Shown: piece after piece, positions 38,613 to 48,141 of the stretch | Layout: every line of letters begins with the position of its first letter | Position numbering within the stretch: position 1 is the first letter of the stretch | Source of the DNA: Candidatus Poribacteria bacterium | GTDB taxonomy: Bacteria; Poribacteria; WGA-4E; WGA-3G | DNA: 64,000 nt | NCBI GenBank assembly: GCA_965205015.1 | Contig: OZ242029.1 | Span: forward strand, 4,736,001 to 4,800,000 | Reading direction: 5' to 3' | Position numbers and translations under genes: made by a program | Notes under the pieces: generated by a model | Told to the model about the DNA's origin: nothing | What the model saw: the letters and a program-made list of their open reading frames with translations, nothing else | Database searches by the model: none

Positions 38613-39653
38613 ATGCCTAACCAAACTGTCAAATCGATGACGGGTCGTGAACGGGTGCTCGCTGCGCTCCGCAACGAACTCACTGACCGCACGCCTGTCT
38701 GTAATCCGACTTCCGTTGCTACGGTCGAACTGATGGATCTCGTCGACGCCCCCTTCCCACAGGCAAATCGAGAACCCGACCTCATGGCACGACTCGCTGC
38801 CACAGGATATACCGAACTCGGGTTCGATACGATCATGCCCGTTTTCACAATTATCCAAGAATCCAGCGCACTCGGTTGCAAAATTCAGTGGGAACAGAAG
38901 GACAACTGGCCCACCGTCAGAATGCGAGAACCGATCTGGGAAGACGTTGATGATATCGTTGTCCCGGACGACTTCTTAACGCATCCAGACACCCAATGCG
39001 TCCTTGAAGCGATTAAAATCCTGAAGAAAGAATACGGTGATGACGTCGCTATCATCGGGAAAACGATGGGACCCTGGTCGCTCGGCTACCACTGTTTTGG
39101 GGTTGAACCCTTCCTGTTGCTCTCACTTGATGATCCCGGCAAAACGAAACTCGCCCTTGATCGGATGAAGGAAGCCACTGTGCAATTCGGGGTCGCGCAA
39201 ATCGAGGCGGGTGCCGACGCACTGACGCTCCCCGACCACGCGACAGGTGATCTGGTCAGCGGTGAATACTACCAACGCTACCTTCGGGACCTCCACATCG
39301 AATTCGTTGAACGTATCCCTATCCCCTTAATCCTGCATATCTGTGGTCGCACTGTTGACAGGATGGAATACATCTCACAAACCGGTATGTCCGCCTTTCA
39401 CTTCGATTCCAAAAACGAACCGCAGGAATCGATGGATATCGTGAAAGAACGTATCGCCCTTGTTGGCAACATTAACAATCCCGAAACACTGTTTGCGAAA
39501 GGACCGGAAGACGTTAAAGCGGAGGTCATAAAAAACCTTGACGCGGGAGTCCCACTCATTGGACCCGAGTGCGCCATCCCCCTTCAGACAACCATCGAAA
39601 ACCTCCAAGCGATTCCAGAAGCCGTCCAAGAATGGCACCACGCACACCTATAA
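38613..39653 (+). CDS. MtaA/CmuA family methylcobamide methyltransferase (UROD superfamily)
   Basis: MTGRERVLAAL, DRTPV, ESSALGC, GPWSL, LHICG, GNINNP, PECAIP. Confidence 0.85.
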   Translation: MPNQTVKSMTGRERVLAALRNELTDRTPVCNPTSVATVELMDLVDAPFPQANREPDLMARLAATGYTELGFDTIMPVFTIIQESSALGCKIQWEQKDNWPTVRMREPIWEDVDDIVVPDDFLTHPDTQCVLEAIKILKKEYGDDVAIIGKTMGPWSLGYHCFGVEPFLLLSLDDPGKTKLALDRMKEATVQFGVAQIEAGADALTLPDHATGDLVSGEYYQRYLRDLHIEFVERIPIPLILHICGRTVDRMEYISQTGMSAFHFDSKNEPQESMDIVKERIALVGNINNPETLFAKGPEDVKAEVIKNLDAGVPLIGPECAIPLQTTIENLQAIPEAVQEWHHAHL

Positions 39654-39672
39654 ACCATCGACGGAAAAACAG

Positions 39673-40293
39673 ATGAAAAAAAATACGGTTTTACTGCTAA
39701 CGACCTGTTTAATCCTGACCAATTTTTTAACGATAGGCTACACACAAGCACCGAACCTTGAACACCTACAAGCCTCCGATGTCAATGCCGATGGCGTCGT
39801 AAACATCCTCGATCTGACGCTTGTCGCCAAAAACATCGGTACGACACCCACCGCAGATCAATCCCTGAACCCGGATGTCAATGCGGATGGAACGGTCAAT
39901 CCCCTCGATTTGACGCTCGTCGTGCGTTATTTTGGTAAGAGATCCGGTATCCCGTTTGAAGTCACGGATACAACTTTTGACGATATTGTCTTGGGTTCTG
40001 AACTGCCGATTGTGGTAGAATTTAAAGACGATAACTGACGCTTCTGCATAATGATGCGACCGGTGGTCGCAGCAGTCGCCTTAGAATATCGCGAGACGTT
40101 CAGTTTCGTCAAGTTGGATGTACCTACCCAACCCGAGAAAACATCTGAATATCGCATTCGTGGAACGCCGACTTATATCGTATTTAAGGATGGAGAGATT
40201 GCCCAAGGCTTCGCCGGCGCCATGCCTAAAGCTGCACTGGTGCAACGTATCCTTGGAAGTTTAGAGATTGAAGTAACTGAGGAGAAAAAATGA
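39673..40293 (+). CDS. Secreted dockerin-thioredoxin, probable selenoprotein (UxxC; in-frame TGA at 40036-40038), 206 aa
   Basis: ORFs 39538-40038 and 40051-40293 share a frame. Read-through gives VEFKDDN-U-RFC...KLDV...GTPT..FKDG. A SECIS-like hairpin follows. Confidence 0.85.
40055..40071 (+). promoter_or_regulatory. Candidate bacterial SECIS element
   Basis: TGCGACC-GGT-GGTCGCA: perfect 7-bp stem with a G-starting loop 23 nt after the UGA. Confidence 0.6.
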
Positions 40294-41984
40294 GAAAAAT
40301 CACCTTTTTATTTCTAACGACCTGTTTAATCCTCACGAATTTAACCGTAGGCTATACACAAGACGCGGATCTCGATACTTTAAGAGCCTCCGATGTCAAC
40401 GCTGACGGCGTGATAAACATCCTCGATTTGACGCTCGTCGCCGCAAGCATCGGCACGACACCCGCCGCAGATCAGCCCCTGAACCCAGATGTCAACGGGG
40501 ACGGTACCGTCAATATCCTCGACTTGACACGCGTCGCGAGTCACTTGGGTAAAACTGTTCCGCCGCCTGTCGCGTTCGTTGATGCGAATCCAGCAATCGG
40601 CAGACAGATCCCTGCGAATGCTACCATCATTGTAATTTTCGACATGTCGCCAGATAACGTTACAGTCAATGCGGGTGTCGCGACAACTGTTGATAAAACG
40701 GTAACAATCACAGGTCCCTTCCCTCCGGGTCCCTTTGATTTGACAATCGCTTGGACGGGCGGAAGCCAAACGCTCACCTACACTGTCGATATCCCAGATA
40801 TCGTGGCTCCCGAAGTTACCGGTGGCACCATCAGCGATGGCGATAAGGACCTTGACGCCGAAACGGTTAACACCAACGGACGGATCGAAGTTGAATTCAG
40901 CGAAGCGGTGAGTGGCAACATCGCACTGCAAACCGCAGCAGGTGAGGATGCGGGTTGGATCGGCAAAGTTGAAGGCAAAAAAGGGACGCTTGAATTGGTC
41001 AAAGGCAGAGAGATAGGCAACGAAACGACCTATGTTATAGCGGGACAGGTCAGCGACGCTGTAGGCAATTCAACCGATATTCGCATTACCTTTACGCTCC
41101 GTCCACCCGCGGCATTCGTTAGCGCACACCCAGCATCCCCATCCCAAATCGCTGTCGACGATACCATTACCGTGACTTTTGACAACCCTCCAGAAGACGT
41201 TAGGACGAGCACAGGGGATGCCACAACCACTGGGAAAACAGTGAAAATCACGGGTCCCTTCAAACCGGGTCCTCTCGTCTTGACGATCGTTTGGGCGGAT
41301 GGTATCCAAACCCTCAACTATACCGCCCATGTCCCGGATACCGAGGCACCCAAAATTACCAGTAGCAGCGTCAATAACGGGGATAAGGACGTTGACCCCG
41401 AAGCCCTTAACCTCCCTGGGCGGATCGAAGTTACCTTCAACGAAACAGTAACCGGCAACATCGCACTGCAAACCGCAGCGGGTGCTGATGCGGGGTGGCT
41501 CGGAAAAATCGCAGGAAAGAAAGGGACGCTTGAACTCGTCAGAGGCAAAGAACTCGGCAACGAGATAACCTATGTTATTGCCGGAAAAGTTAGTGATGCT
41601 GCGGGCAATTCAACCGACCTCAACATTCGGTTTACCACTTCCAGTAAAACCTCCGGGATCCCATTTGAAGTCACCGATGCGACGTTTAATAGCCTTGTGC
41701 TTAACTCAGAAGTCCCCGTCTTGCTTGAGTATGTAAAGGACGGCTGACCGTCCTGTCAACGGATGGCGCCAGTTGTCGCCCAAATTGCTTCAGAGAACCG
41801 GAACACATTTGCCGTCGCAAAACTGAATATTAAGAATGCCCGACAGACGCTCCGAAAATATCCGATTCGACAAACGCCGACCTATATAGTGTTCCAAGAC
41901 GGAAAACGGGTCGGAAGTTTCGCAGGTGTCATACCAAAAGCCCAGCTACTTCAGAAGATTCTTAGCGTCATAGACGTTGAATAG
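40290..41984 (+). CDS. Secreted dockerin-(Ig)n-thioredoxin, probable selenoprotein (UxxC; in-frame TGA at 41745-41747), 564 aa
   Basis: ORFs 40290-41747 and 41763-41984 share a frame. Read-through gives LEYVKDG-U-PSC...KLNI...QTPT..FQDG. Contains two tandem ~180-aa Ig modules. Confidence 0.83.
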
Positions 41985-42075
41985 AATTAGGGGATAGAAG
42001 GATGGAAGAAAGGAAGGACAGAGCCCCCAATCACCTTCTAATCTTCCAATCTTTGCCTCCTGTTATAGATTCCAC

Positions 42076-43992
42076 TCACAAACGACTCCGATGATAAAAC
42101 CACCACTCCAACAGGAGCAGCAGGAGTGCCGCGAGCGCAAACCAACGCCATATCTCCTGCACCATCGGTTGCAATCCGCCTTCTACATCCGTTGAAGGCG
42201 CTGCAACCGTCGCCGTTGGAGAATGCGACAGTGCCGATTCCGTAGCGTTCAGCAGATTGACCGTGAATCGCTCAAGCTGCACATCATCCGCAAAAAGGGT
42301 GTAGACCCCAATCTGATCCGTCTCGGTAAACATTGAATTCGCCAATCCGACCGTTGTTCCATCAGGCTTCTGCACGTGAAGTGAGCGTCCCTCACGTGTC
42401 AACCCGACGCGCACCTGTTCTCCGGTTCGGAAGGCGTGTCGGGTTCCACTTCCTTGAGACGCAATCGGCTGCAGCGGGGCAGTTCCTCCCTCAAACCACG
42501 CTAAACACTGATAGATGAATTGCGGTCCATCGGGGACAGTCAGCGCAAAGGCAGAAATTTCCGGGTTAAACGCATCGAACTCAAAAACAAGGAGCCGGGT
42601 GTCGGATCTGCTACCGATCCATATCAATACCCCCTTCTCCGTTTCAACAAGCGACTGTCCCCAGAGTGGCAATACTCGGTGCATAGACTCGCTTACCTGT
42701 AATCCCTGCAGCGACACACTCTCCATGAGCGGGTGATTCCCATCCTCTTTGAGAACCCGCACAGGTGTCCTCTCGGTTTCAACAATCGGAGCCCCTTCTC
42801 CAATGAAGGGCAGATTGTCACCGGGCGAGATGAAGATCAGACCCGTTGCAGAGGGTACCTCAGACGCTTCATATAGTATGGAGGGTCCAAACGCCTCGCG
42901 TCCGGCGAGCGTACCCCCATCGAAAATTGCGACATCCGCATCACCAATGCCGTGATAATCCGCTGGATCAACCACATAGAGTTTCACGTGATCTCCATAG
43001 GATTTCAAAAGGTCGGGTAGTAACGATTTTCGATTGTCACTCACCAGCAAAATCCGTAGTGAGGGGACAGCGGATAGGAGCGCCGAAGCCCTGTCATCAA
43101 GCGGAAAATCGTCATCTACACCCAGGTGGACGCTGAGAACCTTCCCCTCTAAACCGTTCGGATCCCCTGAAAACAGGACTGATTTGGTCGCATTCGGAGG
43201 GATAGACACCGTTCTATCATCCAGCGGAACCGCTTCCACCGCCAATTGAACGTCGAATTCTTTGGGGCTCTCCGTAAAATTCTGAATACCCATGAGGACT
43301 TCGTAGCGATCCGCTAATATCTCAACGCTGAACCGAACGATACCGACATTCTCCGCATTCCCACCCACTCCGATTTTCTGCACCGGCAGCGATATATCCG
43401 GTAGGTTTTCAAACGTCCCACTGATAAAGACGATCTTATCTTGGGGTGAATCCGCATAGCGGGTAGCGGCATCAAACACAGGACGGAGATGTCGCGGGGC
43501 ATGCGTCTGCGCAATATCCTCTATCGCTTGATGCAGTTTCGAGGTATCCGTTGTAAAAGCTTGTTGGATATGCGTATCAGCGGAATTCGTCACCATGAGC
43601 ATCATCCCACCGCTCGCGGCAACCTCTTTAATATATTTCTGTGCTTCCTGTTTTGCGAGTGCGAGTCGAGGGGATCCCATCTCTGTTGACGACATCCTCG
43701 CGGAATTATCAACGATGAGAATCGCTTTGCCGGGCATGAATCCGGGTCTATGCAGCGCAGGGCGCGCAACGCTGAGTGTAAGAAGCAACAAAAACAGCAC
43801 CTGGAGCAGGGGGAGGAGTAGGTTCCGGAGTCGTTGGAAAGGGACATTTGCTCTCCGATCTTCGTCAGTGGAGCGCCAAAATAGAATGCTGGGGACGAGG
43901 TGGGTGTGGCGGCGTAATTTCAGAAAATGAAGTGCCACCACGATTGGAATAACACCCAGTAGATAAAACGCGGCAGGGTTTAGGAATTGCAT
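42076..43992 (-). CDS. BatA domain / von Willebrand factor A protein
   Basis: MQFLNP...LHFLK...VPS N-terminal double TM. DNSARM degenerate MIDAS. LLLLEWW C-terminal TM. Confidence 0.85.
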   Translation of the reverse strand: MQFLNPAAFYLLGVIPIVVALHFLKLRRHTHLVPSILFWRSTDEDRRANVPFQRLRNLLLPLLQVLFLLLLTLSVARPALHRPGFMPGKAILIVDNSARMSSTEMGSPRLALAKQEAQKYIKEVAASGGMMLMVTNSADTHIQQAFTTDTSKLHQAIEDIAQTHAPRHLRPVFDAATRYADSPQDKIVFISGTFENLPDISLPVQKIGVGGNAENVGIVRFSVEILADRYEVLMGIQNFTESPKEFDVQLAVEAVPLDDRTVSIPPNATKSVLFSGDPNGLEGKVLSVHLGVDDDFPLDDRASALLSAVPSLRILLVSDNRKSLLPDLLKSYGDHVKLYVVDPADYHGIGDADVAIFDGGTLAGREAFGPSILYEASEVPSATGLIFISPGDNLPFIGEGAPIVETERTPVRVLKEDGNHPLMESVSLQGLQVSESMHRVLPLWGQSLVETEKGVLIWIGSRSDTRLLVFEFDAFNPEISAFALTVPDGPQFIYQCLAWFEGGTAPLQPIASQGSGTRHAFRTGEQVRVGLTREGRSLHVQKPDGTTVGLANSMFTETDQIGVYTLFADDVQLERFTVNLLNATESALSHSPTATVAAPSTDVEGGLQPMVQEIWRWFALAALLLLLLEWWFYHRSRL

Positions 43993-44017
43993 GTTCGGCT
44001 CCCTGCATTAAGGAATA

Positions 44018-44410
44018 TTAAGAATCCTCTTTCTCCTTGAGGCTCTGCAGGACCTCATCCGCCTCCAGCCTACCGGTTTCGCCATAGTCCTGGAGGCGTT
44101 CACATGCGGCTCGGACCTTATCGTGTTCGTCAAGTTCCAAATAGAGATTCGCTAAATTCGTGTGCATTTCCCGAAACACACCGGGCCAATTCCGTTCGCC
44201 TTCTTTGTCAATGATACGGGTCGCGTTTGCGATAGCCGTATTGACAACCTCGTCCAATTCCGCTTTTTCCTCAGTTGAGATCTGAAAATCCGCCTCTTTG
44301 CGTTTTTCGTTGTAGGCTTTTAGGTCACCCAATGCCTTATCGCATTGGTTATATGTTTTTTCAATACTCAACGCACCTTCAAAAATTTTTGATAAGAATC
44401 CTAATTTCAT
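44018..44410 (-). CDS. Hypothetical helical (TPR-like) protein
   Basis: GGAG RBS. 130 aa, charged and helical, NLANLYLEL. Confidence 0.65.
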   Translation of the reverse strand: MKLGFLSKIFEGALSIEKTYNQCDKALGDLKAYNEKRKEADFQISTEEKAELDEVVNTAIANATRIIDKEGERNWPGVFREMHTNLANLYLELDEHDKVRAACERLQDYGETGRLEADEVLQSLKEKEDS

Positions 44411-44426
44411 AGCATCTCCGAATGGA

Positions 44427-44459
44427 TGTAGGGCGGAGGTGGAAGTACCTCGCCCTACA
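44427..44459. repeat. GTAG-type REP-like palindrome
   Basis: TGTAGGGCG-GAGGT...ACCTC-GCCCTACA. Confidence 0.6.
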
Positions 44460-44472
44460 AATTACTTTAGAT

Positions 44473-45255
44473 TTAGAAATCGGTTTTCAATTCTCCCCAT
44501 GTCACCGCCAACTTGTCGCGCGCTTCAACGGCAAGCACCACCGGTACACTCAGTTCCATCGATTCCTTAATCTCTTCTTCAGTCAACGCCTTGGCGTATA
44601 TGACGACCTCATCGATGATCGCATCTTCGACTTTGTGGAGGGTCGGATTTTCGCCTGCCCCGATGTAAATCGCCGCCTCTTTGAACTTGGGCCACTTAAA
44701 ATTCTCTGGTTGTGATCCGATGAATTCACCGTTGACATAGATCTTGCCATCTTTCCCATCGGCAACCATAACGTAGTGGTACCACTCTTTCAATTCAAAT
44801 TTGAAGTTCGCGAGGCTTTTGTCGGCATGATGCCCGGCATCCCAAAACGGGTTGAAATTTGGGTTCACCATCGTACGGAACTCGCAACAGCCACCGGCAG
44901 CGGCTTCAATCGAGATGATTCCATCGTATGAGGCGTGCTGATTCAGGAAAAACCACGCTTCCATCGTGATCTCTGTCTTCTCCCCGATCGGAACGATGAA
45001 GTCATTCTGTGCCATTTGGACGACACCACCGTTGAGATGAATGCCATCATTGAATGCTCCCTTTTTAAGCGCACCCTTTCCATTCAATTCTGCATCATTG
45101 CCGTTGCCAGAATCGTCGATGACCTTATTACCATTGAGTTTATCAAAAGAGTAATAGACGAGGATGTCCTCTTCCTCGATAGCGTGAGAGAGACTCACCG
45201 CACATACACAGATCGCCGTAAGTCCCAACAGGAATAGATTTTTACGCATTTTCAT
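44473..45255 (-). CDS. Secreted LamG domain protein with C-terminal KLAVTWGELK motif
   Basis: YYSFD, DDSGNGN, TMEAW, EWYHY, IYVNG, IDEV..Y.KAL. Confidence 0.88.
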   Translation of the reverse strand: MKMRKNLFLLGLTAICVCAVSLSHAIEEEDILVYYSFDKLNGNKVIDDSGNGNDAELNGKGALKKGAFNDGIHLNGGVVQMAQNDFIVPIGEKTEITMEAWFFLNQHASYDGIISIEAAAGGCCEFRTMVNPNFNPFWDAGHHADKSLANFKFELKEWYHYVMVADGKDGKIYVNGEFIGSQPENFKWPKFKEAAIYIGAGENPTLHKVEDAIIDEVVIYAKALTEEEIKESMELSVPVVLAVEARDKLAVTWGELKTDF

Positions 45256-45408
45256 TCCCCCTAAGCGTTTTCAGAATTTTAACACAAACGTTGAACACCG
45301 TCAATGTATTATACAACATTCCCCGAATTATAGCAATGCGTAATGGCAATCGGAAACCGTCAGCAAATTGTCCTTGAAAACCAACGCCTTTAGTGCTACA
45401 ATAACGGT

Positions 45409-46248
45409 ATGACATTTCTTGAAGCGATTCTCCTCGGGATTTTACAAGGACTCACAGAATTCCTGCCCGTCAGTAGTTCAGGCCACCTCGTCTTGGCACA
45501 GCAATTCCTCGGACTCAAGGAACCCCTCGTCTTTTTCGATGTGATGCTTCACGTCGGCACATTAGCCGCCGTGCTTGTGGCGTATCGTGACGCAATAGGA
45601 AGGTTGGTAACAGGTGGACTTTCTACCGTCGGGAGTTCTCGCTTCTGGCGGAAACCGAAGTCAACGCTCAACACATCGGCGGAACTCAAGTTTATATGGC
45701 TGATACTCATCGGCTCCATCCCGACGGGAATTATTGCAGTGGTGTTCAAGACGCAATTAGAGTCCTTTTTCGATGAGGTCGGTCTCGTGAGCGTCATGTT
45801 AATCCTCACCGGCATCATTCTCCAACTCCCCCGACTCCGTAGCGGGCAGACGGATACCCCTGAGAACCCAGCAGGCGAATTGAAAACGTGGCACGCACCC
45901 CTCATCGGCATCGCACAAGGATGCGCAATTACACCCGGCATCTCGCGTTCCGGTACGACCATCTCGGTGGCACTCTTTTTAGGGATTCCTGCTAAAACCG
46001 CCGCCGAATACTCCTTTCTCCTCTCAATTCCCGCCATACTCGGCGCGGTTGCGCTCAAAATCCGAGACATCGGAGACACCACGATCCCGTTTCACATCGT
46101 CGGAACCGGCATGCTCGCCTCGTTTATCGTCGGTTATATCGCCTTGCGGTTTCTATTGGTTATGCTAAATCGAGGCAAATTTTCAGTGTTCTCTTACTAC
46201 TGCGTCGCCTTAGGACTCACCTCACTCTTCATCGCCTTAATCCAGTAG
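45409..46248 (+). CDS. uppP: Undecaprenyl-diphosphate phosphatase
   Basis: QGLTEFLPVSSSGHL, PGISRSG, FLLSIP. Confidence 0.96.
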   Translation: MTFLEAILLGILQGLTEFLPVSSSGHLVLAQQFLGLKEPLVFFDVMLHVGTLAAVLVAYRDAIGRLVTGGLSTVGSSRFWRKPKSTLNTSAELKFIWLILIGSIPTGIIAVVFKTQLESFFDEVGLVSVMLILTGIILQLPRLRSGQTDTPENPAGELKTWHAPLIGIAQGCAITPGISRSGTTISVALFLGIPAKTAAEYSFLLSIPAILGAVALKIRDIGDTTIPFHIVGTGMLASFIVGYIALRFLLVMLNRGKFSVFSYYCVALGLTSLFIALIQ

Positions 46249-46904
46249 GTCGCAACGCCTCCGAGTATCTTCTTGTTGTAGTGTCGCATTTCTGGTATCA
46301 CGCCGATACGCTTTAAGAGGTCGCAGATTTTCCTATCGTTTTGAAGTGTGTTCCGAATCCACTTCTTTCCAGTGCATCCATACATCAGACTCGCGAGGTA
46401 CATCTTCAACGGCTTCAGTCTGAAACGCTTGAGATACCTGAGTGGAAACCCCATACCGTGTCCAGAGATGGCGAGCGTGCCACCGGGTTTCAAGACGCGC
46501 GCCAGTTCAATTAAGGCGGTTTTATCGTCAGGGACATGCGGCATGACGAGGAAACAGGTTACGAGATCAAAAGTTTCGTCTGCGAAGGGCAGGGTAGGAA
46601 GCGAGGCACGCAGCAAAACAGGATCTGCAGAAGGCGGTTCTATTAACCTCCCGATTTGAGAACGTCCAGCCGTCAGAAAAATCGCATCCATATCCACACC
46701 GACAAGGAGTTCTGGTGTATCGGTAGAAAGTGCGACAAGAAGATTCCCCGCGCCACATCCGACATCTAACACCCTTTTGCCGGTAGCATCAATGCTCAAA
46801 GTATCGAGCTGCCCTCGCGTTGTACCATCTTCTAACTCGCGGTAAGCGTTCTGAATGTATGCACGGTGCCATTCTGTCAAACGACTTCCCCTCGTGACAG
46901 CCAT
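46197..46904 (-). CDS. Class I SAM-dependent methyltransferase
   Basis: VLDVGCGAG, LPFADETFD, ARVLKPGG. Confidence 0.9.
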   Translation of the reverse strand: MAVTRGSRLTEWHRAYIQNAYRELEDGTTRGQLDTLSIDATGKRVLDVGCGAGNLLVALSTDTPELLVGVDMDAIFLTAGRSQIGRLIEPPSADPVLLRASLPTLPFADETFDLVTCFLVMPHVPDDKTALIELARVLKPGGTLAISGHGMGFPLRYLKRFRLKPLKMYLASLMYGCTGKKWIRNTLQNDRKICDLLKRIGVIPEMRHYNKKILGGVATYWIKAMKSEVSPKATQ

Positions 46905-46930
46905 CGGTTTCCGTCAACAATTGTTAACCG

Positions 46931-48061
46931 TTAACCGATAACGCCCCTATAAATTCCTTCTAATTTCCGAATAGACGCTGCGCTATCAAACTTCTCCTGA
47001 ATTGTCGCGCGGGCATTCCTACCCAATTCGCTCGCAAAATCAGGCACTGTCAGCACCCGATGTAGTGCTGCCGCTAATGCCGTCGGATCCTGTGGCGGAA
47101 CCCGAATACCGTTCCTCCCATCTTCTATCAAGTCCACGATACCCCCCACCTCCGATGCAATGCACGGCATCCCGATCCCCATCGCCTCGATGAGCGCATT
47201 CGGTGAACTCTCGTGTAGCGACGGCAGCACAAAGACATCCGCCGTCAACAGCACAGAGAACACATCTTCACAAAAACCCGGAAACGCCACCCACTCCGAG
47301 AGTCCGCATTCCACTGTGAGTCCTCGGAGTCCCGCCTCCAGTTCACCTTCACCGAGAAACGTGCATCGCCATGCAACATCTGCTCGGTCCAACAAGTTTA
47401 ACGCCTCAATCAGATACCGATGTCCTTTCTCAGGGGCGAACCGTCCAACGCTTAGAATTAATTTCTCCTCGGGACTACATGTGCGGGACGGTGCCCACGT
47501 CTCGTCAGGCAATTCCAATAGATTCGGGATACTAAAAATGTTTTTGTCTGGGTACCGCCGGTGGAGATGTCGTTCGATCTGCGCTGAGTTCGTCAGTAGG
47601 ACATCTGCGGCATTGTAGATGAGTTTTTCTGTAAGATAGAGCCGAAATTTGCCGTATCTCGCATGGTAGTCGCCGCGTTGGGAAGCGATGAACGGAACCC
47701 GCCGCCACAGTCCGAATTTACGCGAGAGTCCACAGAGGAAATTGGAATACCACAACCAACTATGCACGATATCGGGTTCGACAGCGTTGACAATGCCACC
47801 GAGTGCGAACGCCTTTTCGAGTACCCTCATGCGTCCGCCTTCACCTGCGAGCGTTGCGACCTCCCGTACACAGGGCAGTGCTGCGAGTTCCCGGACGTGT
47901 TCGCCTTCAGCACGACTCAACACAACGGACGCTTCATACTGCTCCGGTGGCAACCGATCCAACGTCTTGAGCAGTTGTGATTCGGCACCATCCTTTGTCA
48001 TAGAATCAATGACATAGAGAATTTTAATTTTACCTTGCGGGTCGGTGAGGCGGTTCGGCAC
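46931..48061 (-). CDS. Glycosyltransferase family 4
   Basis: GAE, VGRFAPEKG, FVLPSLHE..PNALIEAM. Confidence 0.92.
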   Translation of the reverse strand: MPNRLTDPQGKIKILYVIDSMTKDGAESQLLKTLDRLPPEQYEASVVLSRAEGEHVRELAALPCVREVATLAGEGGRMRVLEKAFALGGIVNAVEPDIVHSWLWYSNFLCGLSRKFGLWRRVPFIASQRGDYHARYGKFRLYLTEKLIYNAADVLLTNSAQIERHLHRRYPDKNIFSIPNLLELPDETWAPSRTCSPEEKLILSVGRFAPEKGHRYLIEALNLLDRADVAWRCTFLGEGELEAGLRGLTVECGLSEWVAFPGFCEDVFSVLLTADVFVLPSLHESSPNALIEAMGIGMPCIASEVGGIVDLIEDGRNGIRVPPQDPTALAAALHRVLTVPDFASELGRNARATIQEKFDSAASIRKLEGIYRGVIG

Positions 48062-48141
48062 ATGAACCTGACTTCACGTAGATCCGCCCTCCGCTACGCT
48101 TACGGGCTACCGATATGGAATCAATGCCATACTGCTAACTA

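Noticed and set aside
40036-41747. Alternative genetic code (TGA = Trp/Gly) or pseudogenes as the explanation for the in-frame TGAs
   Set aside because: TGA is a normal stop elsewhere (e.g. 339, 32893, 40293). Both TGAs align with the first Cys rather than the Trp, and the downstream halves are intact.
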